64,000 nucleotides of DNA from Nitrospirales bacterium (GTDB taxonomy: Bacteria > Nitrospirota > Nitrospiria > Nitrospirales > UBA8639). Within the stretch, counting starts at the first letter, position 1. Each line of letters opens with the position of its first letter. Location: positions 1,504,001-1,568,000 of the forward strand of contig CBDBCZ010000019.1 in the NCBI GenBank assembly GCA_965203295.1, written 5' to 3'. A program made the position numbers and the translations under genes. The notes beneath the pieces are model-generated. The model had not been told where the DNA came from and did no database searches. It saw nothing but the letters and a program-made list of their open reading frames with translations. Below, in pieces: positions 33,644 through 43,765 of the stretch.

Positions 33644-33859
33644 ATCATGGGCGCACAAGAGGGCATGATAAGATTGTGCGGCTACAAATAACCTGCCTAC
33701 TTCTTTGATTTCCAGGGTCCTAAGTCTTGCCGTGGGGTATCTCATGCCACCACAATTTTGCATCCTTACTTAAAATCTTCAATAACCTATGTCACTGCTT
33801 TTTATGCTTTTTTTACATCAATTAATCTTGCAATACATCAATCTTGATATTCTTTTATA

Positions 33860-33899
33860 TGTAAATTTAAATTGACTAATATGTAATTATTAAATTACT
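33860..33899. promoter_or_regulatory. Two tandem degenerate copies of the 18-bp operator
   Basis: TGTAAATTTAAATTGACT (33860-33877) and TGTAATTATTAAATTACT (33882-33899), 22 bp apart, upstream of porin-modABC. Confidence 0.65.
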
Positions 33900-33958
33900 A
33901 TAATTACTCCTATTTGGAATCATTGAAATTTCTAAAAGTTCCCAGGAAGAAATTTCAA

Positions 33959-35474
33959 GTGAAGAGAAAGCTTAAAAGAGACAACCACCTAAAAAATTCA
34001 ATTCTTGTGAGCATCATTGGGTTGTGCTCGACCGTTTTCGCGATAGATGGCGGGGTGCCGCATGTTCTTGCCAGCGAAAAATTTCCAAGTTCCTCGTCTT
34101 CGTCATTCCATTAGGTCGTGACGGAACGAATTCGCACGTCGCTGGAAGGGAAACCCTGGCAGGAGCAACCGGATCATGTGCTTTATCACTTGTCCGAACA
34201 GAAGTGGAGCCGGGTATTACGAGATGCCCTGGGGCTTCCAAATTGGGTGGAATTCAGCCTGCGAAATCGGACCCGATTCGAGTCAGTTTCGCATACCTGG
34301 CGTCGAGGGCAATTAGGTCAGACCGATGTGCAAGTGGTTCAAAAATCCAATATTCGGTTAGGTGCGACGCGGGGCCCGTTTTCCATCTTGTTCGAAGGCT
34401 ATGATGCCCGCACGAATTTCCAGGACCTCCCAAATGATTTCAATGGAGCCTCTCTCATCAATCATACGGATATCTTACAGTTATTCGCTTCCGGTACGTT
34501 TCATGACACATTTGGAACCGGTCTTCGGGCGGATGTTCACGTTGGGCGGTTTACCTTTGATTTTGGATCTAACCGATTGGTCGGCCGGAATGTGTTTCCC
34601 AATGTGGTGAATGCCTTTGACGGGCTACATGTGAACGTGGGGCAGGGACAGGAGTGGCGGGGGCGTGCTTTTATTGCGCAGCCCAGGTTGTTAAAACGTA
34701 AGCAATTGGATACGCAGAGTGCCAGGCAAGTGTTCTGGGGCACGCTAGTCGAGTTTAAACAAAATCCATGGGCGATCGTGGGACCCTACTATCTAGGCCT
34801 GAATGACTCGATACGTCCTATCCGGCTGGTAATCAATACATTTGGATTGCGGGTTCATAAAGAGCCAGGGATGAATGGCCTGAAAGGCTTTGAATATGAA
34901 CTCGAAGGCGCTCTCCAAACGGGCACGCGCGGGCAAACAGACCACTTTGCCTATATGGGAGTGGCGGCAGTGGGGTTATACCTTCAGTGCGCCATGGAGT
35001 CCGCGTTTTCGCGTACTCTATGAATATGCCAGTGTCACGCGTACTCCAGGCGGCAGTCAAAATCAAACGTTCGATCCGCTGTTCAGCCTTCGTCGTTTCG
35101 ACATGATGGTGACCGGAAATTTTGGACCGTTTTTTCGCTCCAACCTCAGTTCTCCAGGCTGGAGAATCGATGTGCACCCCTCTAAGGGTTTAAGAGTATG
35201 GTTGAAGCAACGGTTCTGGTATTTGGCGCAAGCAAGAGATGCCTTTGTAGGATCCGGACTTCAGGATTTAACCGGAAATTCAGGCAATTATCTTGGGCAT
35301 GAATTGGAATTAACAACGATGTGGAAGATCCATTCAAATCTTATTCTGGATGCTGGATATGAGCATTGGTTCAAGGGCAGCTATTTTGAACGCTTGCCAG
35401 CTTCCGCGGGACTTCCCCCGGGTGGAGAAAAAGATACGGACTATTTCTATTTCAGTATTGAGGTCAGATTATAG
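33959..35474 (+). pseudogene. Alginate-export-family outer-membrane beta-barrel, broken
   Basis: RTRFE, GR...DFGSNRLVGRN.F.N..NAFDG, FDPLF..RRFD, G.ELEL and a terminal aromatic-rich strand. In-frame TAG at 34112 and a +1 shift in the G4 run near 34972. Confidence 0.82.
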
Positions 35475-35541
35475 GTGATCATTGTCGGAAAGAGACGAAA
35501 AAGATGAGAGATGATCCACTTTTTCCTAGGATAGATCGAAA

Positions 35542-36303
35542 ATGATTATCCGAATTCATATTTTTTCCCTCATGTTCTTTTTTCAGATATTTTTATCCCC
35601 CGCCGTTGCTGAAGAAATCCAGGCTGCAGTCGCGGCCAATTTTCTTGCCACCTTTAAACAGATTGCTACGCAGTTTGAACAAGATACTGGACATGTGGTT
35701 GTTATCAGTCCTGGCTCAAGTGGAAAACTGTATGCCCAAATTCAAAATGGCGCACCGTTCGATATCTTTTTCTCAGCCGATGTTCATCGCCCCAAACTTC
35801 TGGAACGTGAAGGTCTTGCTGTCAAAGGAAGCCGCTTTACCTATGCCATAGGCCGATTAACCCTATGGAGCCACGATCTCAACTTAGTAAATGGGGATGG
35901 AAAATTCGTTCTATCGAATCAGAATTTTGAACACGTGGCTATCGCCAATCCCAAAACCGCTCCCTATGGTCAGGCTGCTGCCCAGACGATAAAAACCCTA
36001 GGATTATGGAAGCACGTTAAAAATAGGCTTGTTCAAGGGGAGAATATCGGACAAACCTTTCAATTTGTTTTCTCTCAGAATGCCCAACTTGGGTTTGTCG
36101 CTCTTTCTCAAGTTTTGGACCCCAAAATCAACGGGACGGGGAGTCGCTGGGATGTGCCATCTGATTTTTATGATCCGTTGCAGCAACAAGCGGTGCTTTT
36201 GGTCAAAGGGCAAACTAACATAGCTGCCAGTACCTTTTTAGACTATCTCAAAAAGCCAAAGGCTCAGGAGATTATTAAACGGTTTGGATATGGACTCGAA
36301 TAA
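35542..36303 (+). CDS. modA: Molybdate ABC transporter substrate-binding protein
   Basis: AVAANF, GSSGKLYAQI.NGAPFD.F.SAD, ANPKTAPYG and GENIGQ. Confidence 0.96.
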   Translation: MIIRIHIFSLMFFFQIFLSPAVAEEIQAAVAANFLATFKQIATQFEQDTGHVVVISPGSSGKLYAQIQNGAPFDIFFSADVHRPKLLEREGLAVKGSRFTYAIGRLTLWSHDLNLVNGDGKFVLSNQNFEHVAIANPKTAPYGQAAAQTIKTLGLWKHVKNRLVQGENIGQTFQFVFSQNAQLGFVALSQVLDPKINGTGSRWDVPSDFYDPLQQQAVLLVKGQTNIAASTFLDYLKKPKAQEIIKRFGYGLE

Positions 36304-36324
36304 CAGGAAACGAGGAATGAGGGG

Positions 36325-37008
36325 ATGAGTCTATCCGAAATGGATTGGAGTCCATTATGGTTGACCATACAATTGGCAGCGGTGACGGTCATTGTGCTGC
36401 TGATTGTGGGAACTCCATTGGCGTGGTGGCTGGCCTTCACCAAGTCGCGGTTTAGGACCATGGTAGAGGCGATTGTGGCACTGCCCATTGTTCTTCCACC
36501 GACGGTCCTTGGTTTTTATCTGTTGGTCGCACTTGGTCCACATGGCCTAATTGGTGGACCATGGAAAGACCTTACCGGATCAGCGCTCTCCTTTACCTTT
36601 ACAGGGTTGGTCATCGCCTCGACGTTCTACTCGCTTCCATTTGTTGTTCAGCCCTTGCATGGGGCCTTCGAAGCTGTTGGGAAAAAACCATTAGAGGTGG
36701 CCTGGTCATTGCGAGCTTCCAAATTGGATACCTTTTTCACGGTGGCATCACCCATGGCTATTCGAGGATATTTGAGCGCAATCGTATTGGGCTTCGCCCA
36801 CACCCTTGGAGAATTTGGCGTCGTTCTTATGGTAGGAGGAAATATTCCGGGTGTGACCAAAGTGCTTTCCATTTCGATCTACGATCATGTCGAAGTGCTC
36901 GAATATGCCCAAGCCCATTTTCTGTCGGTATTCCTTCTGATATTTAGCTTCCTGATACTCACCGTAGTGTACACGGTGAATCGACGCCTTCCTATACATG
37001 TCTCATGA
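36325..37008 (+). CDS. modB: Molybdate ABC transporter permease
   Basis: LP.VLPPTVLGFYLL and FAHTLGEFGVVLMVGGNIPG.T. Confidence 0.96.
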   Translation: MSLSEMDWSPLWLTIQLAAVTVIVLLIVGTPLAWWLAFTKSRFRTMVEAIVALPIVLPPTVLGFYLLVALGPHGLIGGPWKDLTGSALSFTFTGLVIASTFYSLPFVVQPLHGAFEAVGKKPLEVAWSLRASKLDTFFTVASPMAIRGYLSAIVLGFAHTLGEFGVVLMVGGNIPGVTKVLSISIYDHVEVLEYAQAHFLSVFLLIFSFLILTVVYTVNRRLPIHVS

Positions 37009-38102
37009 GCACATTGACTGTCCAATTCGAGGTTCAGTACCCCAACTTTCAATTTCAAGCATCACTTGAAATTCCCCTGAAAGGCGTCACCGCCGTCTTT
37101 GGTCCCTCAGGATGTGGAAAAACCACTTTGCTACGCTGTCTAGCAGGGCTTGAGCGCTCTCCCACAGGGGCAATTCGGTTTGGAAACGCTGTATGGCAAG
37201 ATGAAACACAAGGGACATTTCTACCGATATCCCGACGTCCTATTGGGTATGTGTTCCAAGAACCTCGCCTTTTCCCCCACCTCTCTGTCCAGTCCAATCT
37301 GGAGTTTGGGCTAAAGCGAACTTCCAAAGAACAGCAAAGACTTTCTTTTGAGCAGATCGTGGATATCCTCGGCATTCAACACCTCTTAGAGCAACGACTG
37401 CATCATCTCTCGGGAGGGGAGCAACAGCGAGTGGCCATAGGTCGTGCGTTGTTAACGAGTCCGGATCTTTTACTCATGGACGAACCGCTCAGTTCTCTGG
37501 ATTTCACACGAAAGCGAGAAATTCTGCCGTTTATCCAACGATTGGATACCGAGTTGCGAATGCCCATCATTTATGTGAGTCATTCCATGCAAGAAGTTTT
37601 ACAATTAGCGACAACGTTGGTTCTGCTCAAAGACGGTCGAGTGACATGCGTTGGACCGTTGAGCGAGGTGTTTTCTCAGCTCGACTCAAGATCTGTCATG
37701 GAGGAAAGTCATATCGGAGCTGTCATTGATACGATGGTGGAGGCCCATGAACCTGAATATGGTTTAACAAAACTCGCATTTGGGAGTCGTCATCTCTATG
37801 TCCCCCATCAAGATCAACCGGTAGGGGATCGACTACGAGTGCAGATTCTTTCAAGAGACGTCAGTATCATCACGAGCCCTCCGGCCTTTCAAAGCAGTGT
37901 CCTCAATATCTTAGAGGCCACCGTGACCGAAATCGGAACAGTCGATCTAAAATATCCCTTTGTGGATATTAAACTAGATATTGGCTGGCCCTTTCTAGCG
38001 ACAATTACCCGCAAATCCCTCTCAGCGTTAGCTCTTCATCCCGGTCAACAGGTTTATGCTCAGATCAAAGCCGTAGCGTTGCGGCAGGATTTCCTTGATT
38101 GA
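37005..38102 (+). CDS. modC: Molybdate ABC transporter ATPase
   Basis: GPSGCGKT, FQEPRLFPHL, LSGGEQQRVAIGRALL and a C-terminal TOBE domain (S.LN...AQIKAV). Confidence 0.96.
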   Translation: MSTLTVQFEVQYPNFQFQASLEIPLKGVTAVFGPSGCGKTTLLRCLAGLERSPTGAIRFGNAVWQDETQGTFLPISRRPIGYVFQEPRLFPHLSVQSNLEFGLKRTSKEQQRLSFEQIVDILGIQHLLEQRLHHLSGGEQQRVAIGRALLTSPDLLLMDEPLSSLDFTRKREILPFIQRLDTELRMPIIYVSHSMQEVLQLATTLVLLKDGRVTCVGPLSEVFSQLDSRSVMEESHIGAVIDTMVEAHEPEYGLTKLAFGSRHLYVPHQDQPVGDRLRVQILSRDVSIITSPPAFQSSVLNILEATVTEIGTVDLKYPFVDIKLDIGWPFLATITRKSLSALALHPGQQVYAQIKAVALRQDFLD

Positions 38103-38264
38103 TTTTGTGCATGGCTTGGCTTGTGGCAATAGGCGCTGTTCATTTGATTAAAGGGGAAATAAATGATGTCTTACCCCAAATTTTGTCAGAGATGGAAGCG
38201 CAAGTTTCGTTCATTTTTATATTGACGAAGGGGTCCAATCCATGATACTCATATCCGCAGATTT

Positions 38265-38609
38265 GTGAATATATCCTATGGGACAAAAAAAACATTTGGG
38301 CAGATCATTCGGGATAAACGGCAAGAGCTTGGCTTAAGCCAAAAAGAACTTGCCAATAAAATAAGAAAGGAAGATGGCTCGTCAATATCTCCGCAGTACG
38401 AAAACGATATAGAGTTTGATCGACGTGATCCTCCCTCTGAAGACATGATACGGCAATATGCCAAGATTCTTGGATTGCCTGTTGAAGCCCTAATACTTGC
38501 AGCAGGAAGAGTTCCAGCGGATCTAAGGTCTTTTGCTGCCAGAAGGCCTGACCAGGCCCAGGAGGTTTTTCAGGCTTTCAGGAAAAAGGCCGAGAGAACT
38601 GATTCATGA
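38265..38609 (+). CDS. XRE-family HTH transcriptional regulator
   Basis: TFGQIIRDKR..LGLSQKELA...ISPQY.NDIE.DRR.PPS. Confidence 0.85.
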   Translation: MNISYGTKKTFGQIIRDKRQELGLSQKELANKIRKEDGSSISPQYENDIEFDRRDPPSEDMIRQYAKILGLPVEALILAAGRVPADLRSFAARRPDQAQEVFQAFRKKAERTDS

Positions 38610-39259
38610 AATGGGTGAAAGATAATACAGGGCGATTTCCTGAAAGGCCTCACTACGACCAGAATGAGATCGATACGGATGATATAACCGTAATGATTGA
38701 GAGTGCAGGTGCGGATCTCGATCTCTACGCCGACCTTTCGTCATACGGGGCAAACGTCGAGGGAGTTGCCGAGTTCTCCTATGGCAAGAAACCTCTTGTC
38801 CAGATTTCTTGTCTCCTGAGCGAAAACCCTAAAATGAAAAACCGTTTTCGCACGACCCTGACTCATGAGTGTGGTCACGTCAAGTTTCATCGCTTTTTAT
38901 GGGAAATGAAGGCCACCAATCGGTCTTTGTTTCCTTGTGTTGGTAATACAGCGCAGATTTGCATGCGTGAAAAGATTCTTACAACAGGGGCTTATGATTG
39001 GATGGAATGGCAGGCCAGTTATAGTTGCGGTGCATTCTTAATGCCGATTAGTAATCTTTGCAGTACTTCTCGGGGGTTCATGTTACGACAGGGAACAGGA
39101 CCGTTTTCAATTGACCAAGTGACTCAGGAAGCGGAGGCATTGATTCAGTGTGTTATGAGGACATACGAGGTTTCTAGGGATGCAGCACGAGTTCGTTTAA
39201 TTCAAGTAAGCTTATTGTCTAGTGGGGAAAAGGGGCTACAAACACCCTTGTGGGGGTAG
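38606..39259 (+). CDS. ImmA/IrrE-family metallopeptidase
   Basis: RFRTTLTHECGH (HExxH), EWQA....AFLMP and YEVS.DAARVRL. ATGA overlap with the XRE gene. Confidence 0.85.
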   Translation: MKWVKDNTGRFPERPHYDQNEIDTDDITVMIESAGADLDLYADLSSYGANVEGVAEFSYGKKPLVQISCLLSENPKMKNRFRTTLTHECGHVKFHRFLWEMKATNRSLFPCVGNTAQICMREKILTTGAYDWMEWQASYSCGAFLMPISNLCSTSRGFMLRQGTGPFSIDQVTQEAEALIQCVMRTYEVSRDAARVRLIQVSLLSSGEKGLQTPLWG

Positions 39260-39465
39260 TTTTTTTTGAGATAAGAGTATGCTAATCAGCGGATTATTGA
39301 ATTTTATAATCTAGGGAAAGGAGGTTAAAATTGTGGTCTGGGATGCAAAACATTTGCCGAACATTTGTTCAAACATGGTCTCGGTAATGCCATTTGAGTT
39401 TTATGAAGGTGTCATTGAGCTTGGCGATTGCAATTAACAATTGAACCGAAAGGAGACAACTAACT

Positions 39466-39674
39466 ATGGCCAGAAAATCAAACACAACAACATATGGCAG
39501 ATTTTTTCCCAATATGAAGTGGAAGCCGTTTGGCAAAAAGGGCAGATACAACCAGGATATGATCCAAGGATTTATCGAAAGGATCGATGCGGTCAATGGA
39601 TGAAACGGTCAGCATATGGAACCACTGGTGATTATGGGTGGGAGATCGACCACACCTTCCAAGGTTTAATTTAG
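39466..39674 (+). pseudogene. HNH endonuclease, frameshifted and 3'-truncated
   Basis: AAGGAG RBS, then MARKSNTTTYGRFF, a shift at T6 (39502-39507), then SQYEVEAVWQKG...RKDRCG.W....YG....GWEIDH. The rest of the HNH motif is missing. Confidence 0.75.
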
Positions 39675-39675
39675 C

Positions 39676-39780
39676 GAGAACTCCCCGTCCGGAATGGCGG
39701 GGATGAGAGCCGGGTCCTGTGAAGCAGGACGAGCGTAGTTCGTATTCAAAAGCACCACGTCCGTAAGGGCGTGGGTATCT
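39676..39780. mobile_element. IS200/IS605-end-like triple-hairpin element, non-coding
   Basis: Three hairpins: TCCCCGTC/GGCGGGGA, GTCCTG/CAGGAC and CCACGTCC/GGGCGTGG. Confidence 0.5.
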
Positions 39781-39961
39781 ATAAGGTATACTTGCATAAT
39801 GAAAAGTGCCTAATCAGATAAAATCGGAGGTGCCGAGTGGAAAAGTGTAATACACCTTTTCCCAACCCTCCATTTTTTCTTTTAGGCCGGGTTTCGCCCC
39901 GGCTAAATAAGAAATGGGGTTTGACAGTCCGATAAATATGGAAAGTCGAAAAATGTTGCCG

Positions 39962-40873
39962 TCACAATCCTGACCTCAATGGTATCGGCAGTTCTTTCTT
40001 TTCTCTTTTCTTCTCTGGCTTTCTTCTGAGATCTGGTCTGGCATCAAGAATCCAGACAATGGCCTGCTCGTTATAGCTTCGTAATTGGCTATGTATATGC
40101 CAGCGTATGTCGTTCACGGAATCAATATACTTGTCAAAATCATCTTGTGTTATGACCTCCGGTGCTACGTCTAACAACGTTCGAAGCAGTCCGCTTTCAC
40201 AACCGGAGGCTTGCTCCTGAAATGCCGAAAAAACAAAATATTTGGCTAAATCCAGCCGGTGGCATAACACACGGGCAAGTTGATTGTAATTTCTTTCCTT
40301 GTTCTCCTTTCCGCCAACCCCAATGATGTCCTCTCCATAAAGATAGACCTTTTCGAATGTAATGACGTCCGATGCTTTTTCCAGTAGCGTGTTAAACAAC
40401 TTGGTGCTCACGCTCAACAATTGCTCGTCAAAAGCCAGGGAAACCGTATGTCTCGCCATTTCAGGACGTTGCCATAACATATCAATCATCCGACCAAAAC
40501 ACGCTTTCTGGGTTTTTCTATCAAGGTAATCGATGATGGACTCGATCATTTTAATATCTTCTCTGGTAATGAGAGAGCAATCTCTTCGAATGATTTCTTT
40601 CGCCTTTCTGGTTCTACTCCGTACCAGTTTTATTTTGGAGCCGCCGTTCAGCATATGCGCATTATCGTAATCAGCCCGCTTTTCTTCATTACTGAGCACT
40701 TCATAGGCTTCGTTTATGTCGAACATCCTTTCCTTTGCTGCTTGCCGTTTTCATTGTGGGACTACATCCTCATGGTTTTCCTTGACAAATGTCCGCCATG
40801 CACTCTGGACTTCCTTGAGGAGCGCATCTTCAGGCACACCGAGGATTTGGTAGTAGTTTGATCCGTTAATCAT
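39962..40873 (-). pseudogene. J-domain (DnaJ N-terminal) protein, broken in the J domain
   Basis: MINGSNYYQILGVPEDA...WRTFVKENH, a frameshift, then DVVPQ*KRQAAKERMFDINEAYEVLSNEEKRADYD. Confidence 0.78.
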
Positions 40874-41287
40874 TTTCTGAGCGTAGAACGAGTCGGGGTT
40901 AGCTCTCTCCCTTACATCTCAACCCCATGCTTACAAAGGTGAATGTCATTTGTTTTGGTGATATTGTGCGTAAGTTCGCTAAAAATACGGAGATGTTATG
41001 GCGAAAAATGGCGTCAGCTTTGTCGTGCCATGACAAGGTTTCTCTCTCTAAGGGGGAGGTTTAGAATTTACAGGTGGATCCAATACTACATTGGTCATCA
41101 CAGATGGTTGTTGTTCTTCATCTTTCGAATTTCCTGAAAAATTTACAAGCTTTTTTATCTCAAACACAAACAGACTCAGTTCGAGATGGGCTGTGCAGTT
41201 TTATCTTCATTTCGGCTAGAAGGCCCATACCTACTTGATCGTGATATGATGACCGAGTTACTTGATGGTTAGAACTCAAGGGATTTT

Positions 41288-42481
41288 ATGAATACGACTC
41301 AAGAATCATTCTTGTCGAGTTTCTTCAAGCTTGAATCTGCGGGCGGCATCATTCTCATGTTCGCGACGTTGCTTGCAGTGATGTTCGCAAATACACCTTT
41401 ACAGTCTTATTACGCTTTGCTGCTTGATACTCCTGTAGAGATTCAGATCGGTGCTCTTGAAGTCGTAAAACTTTTATTACTCTGGATCAACGATAGTTTG
41501 ATGGCCATATTCTTTTTTCTCGTTGGCTTGGAGTTAAAAAGAGAGTTTGTTGAAGGTGAACTTTCAGATACACAAAATATTATTCTGCCTGGGGTAGGTG
41601 CAATTGGGGGCATGCTGGTTCCAGCGTTCATTTATAGCTATTTTAATATTAGTGATTCCACCGCTCTGAAGGGCTGGGCGATTCCGGCAGCCACTAATAT
41701 TGCTTTTGCACTAGGCGTCTTATCTTTGTTGGGTTCGCGAGTGCCTATTGCCATAAAAATATTTCTTACCTCTGTGGCGATTTTTGATGATGTTGGAGCA
41801 ATATTAATCATCGCGTTGTTTTACATGGCCAAAATCTCTTTGATTGCGCTGGCAGTAGTCATGTTTTGCATTCCGATCTTGGCATTATTGAATAAGCGCA
41901 ATATTGAATCGAAAAGTTTGTATTTACTGGTTGGTCTTGTCATGTAGGTGGCCATGTTGAAATCTGGTGTTCATGCAACATTGACCGGTGTGATCTTGGC
42001 TATGTTCATTCCAATGAAGTCAGAAATAGACGCTCAATATTCGCCTTTAAAAAGCATGGAACATGACCTGCATTATGTTGTGGCATTTTGTATTTTTCCA
42101 GTTTTTGCGTTTGCTAACGCAGGTGTTAACTTTTTCGGGGTAGGGACTGAATAACTTCTTCACAGCGTCCCATTGGGTATTGCATTTGGTTTGTTTATCG
42201 GAAAGCAAGCAGGTATTTTTGGCTTTTGTTGGTTTGCTATTAAGCTGAAACTAGCCAGGCTATCCAAGGAGATGTCTTGGATTTCCTTGTACGGAACGGC
42301 GGCTTTATGTGGCATTGGTTTTACGATGAGTCTGTTTATAGGGTCACTCGCTTTTGAGGAAACTGACGTCAATCTTTTGTTTGATGAGCGGCTCGGTATT
42401 ATTTTTGGCTCGTTAGCTTCAGGCCTTGTCGGATATGTAGCGTTACGTGTGAGTTTGCGTTCTAATACACCAGTCGTTTAG
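41288..42481 (+). pseudogene. nhaA: Na+/H+ antiporter NhaA with two in-frame stops
   Basis: ESAGGI, WIND.LM..FF..VGLELKRE, GWAIPAAT, AIFDD, KSGVHAT and LCGIGFTMSLFI. TAG at 41945 and TAA at 42152. Confidence 0.95.
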
Positions 42482-42762
42482 GACGTTTACAAGTTCACGT
42501 CTCCAATGCTTCGTACGAGAAATCAACGTTCAACAACATGAGCAATTAGCACGCATCGAAGATTGCCTGAATATCCTTTAAAGTTGAAGGTGAATCAGAG
42601 TAAATGACTTCTGCCCAATGCAACCTTTTGGTTTAGGACTAAGGTATCTTAGTAGTGATTTGAAAGGCAGAAAGCTAGTTCATAAGCCAAAACAGAAACC
42701 ATGCTTGCAGTTAGCAGATTTTTGGCAGGAATCTATGCTTGAGGATCAACTAGGGCGTTTTC

Positions 42763-43149
42763 TTATCCACTTTTCTTGCTCGCGTTTTTGCAGACCTTCC
42801 CGTCGAATTCTTTGCAAGATGACTCTCCACTAGCGAGTTTCCAAGACTTGATGACTGGAGGATTGGGCTTGCCCCTAAAGACGATGGTGAGGTCAATTAA
42901 TGAGCCAACCTGAAGTTTCGTTAAATGTAGTTTGGCAGCTTCTGAGGCTTCGACCCACATGACGCCTCCGCTCGTTGAGACACGAATGAACCCTTTCCCA
43001 TTGTGGTCAGGAATAATCTGAATGATAGGACTGTAAATACTGACCTCTTTGCCAGGCACATCTTCTAAGGCCAAGCAAATCCCACCTGTCAACAATAAGA
43101 CTGCACTGATCATAAAAAGCGAGGGAAGAAGAAGTGGCAAGGTCCGCAT
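42763..43149 (-). CDS. Exported hypothetical protein
   Basis: GGAG RBS, signal peptide and two C-terminal Cys. Confidence 0.65.
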   Translation of the reverse strand: MRTLPLLLPSLFMISAVLLLTGGICLALEDVPGKEVSIYSPIIQIIPDHNGKGFIRVSTSGGVMWVEASEAAKLHLTKLQVGSLIDLTIVFRGKPNPPVIKSWKLASGESSCKEFDGKVCKNASKKSG

Positions 43150-43249
43150 AGGAGTCTCCTGGTTGGAAAAGAAATTAAATCATTGGATGCATTATTGCAC
43201 CCTAAATTGTCTCAACTCAAGCTTCTGTCACAAGCATTGGATGTATCCA

Positions 43250-43759
43250 CTATGAGGATTTATTAACCGGTATTTCAGTAGCTTGGAATTCCCGAATTTG
43301 GTAGGCGCGAATCTGCGGATCTTGTTTTTTTTCGAGGGAAATAATCACATGGAAAGGCTCTGGGATATTCAATTTTTCGCGATAGTTTTCAAATTCCATG
43401 GCGATTTTAATATCAGTAATGGACGGGTGAGCTGGGCTAAAGGTGTGGGAATGATAGAAGGCGAGTAACGTCATGCCTTTCTGACGAATGTCCTTTTGAG
43501 CGAGTGACATTTCTTGAGCGTCCATTTGAAAGGCGATATCGGCTCGTTCCTCAGGAGAGAGCTGCTGCAGATCCGATAACTTCTCCTGATCAAAACGAGC
43601 CAACTCGGCTTCACTCATTGTGGCAAGGATATTCGTAATTTTATAATGTTCGGTGGCCTGCCCATTTACACCAGCTAAAATTCCACAACATTCGTGGGGA
43701 TCAAGGACATGAGCATGTTCGACCATATCCCGGATGATGTGCGTGGGGATGGTGAGCAT
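43250..43759 (-). CDS. JAMM/MPN (M67, Mec-like) metallopeptidase
   Basis: PHECCGIL and YHSHT...A.PS..D. Confidence 0.9.
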   Translation of the reverse strand: MLTIPTHIIRDMVEHAHVLDPHECCGILAGVNGQATEHYKITNILATMSEAELARFDQEKLSDLQQLSPEERADIAFQMDAQEMSLAQKDIRQKGMTLLAFYHSHTFSPAHPSITDIKIAMEFENYREKLNIPEPFHVIISLEKKQDPQIRAYQIREFQATEIPVNKSS

Positions 43760-43765
43760 ACGGTG

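Noticed and set aside
33700..33760. Moco riboswitch before the porin/mod operon (CCTAAG ... GCCGTG ... GCCACC)
   Set aside because: The conserved 3' CTCCCG...GGAAAGG part is absent, and it lies upstream of the likely promoter. An Infernal search would settle it.
42480..42620. Integron attC-like site after nhaA; a similar idea applies near 56330-56370
   Set aside because: No properly paired RYYYAAC/GTTRRRY boxes and no integrase in the window.
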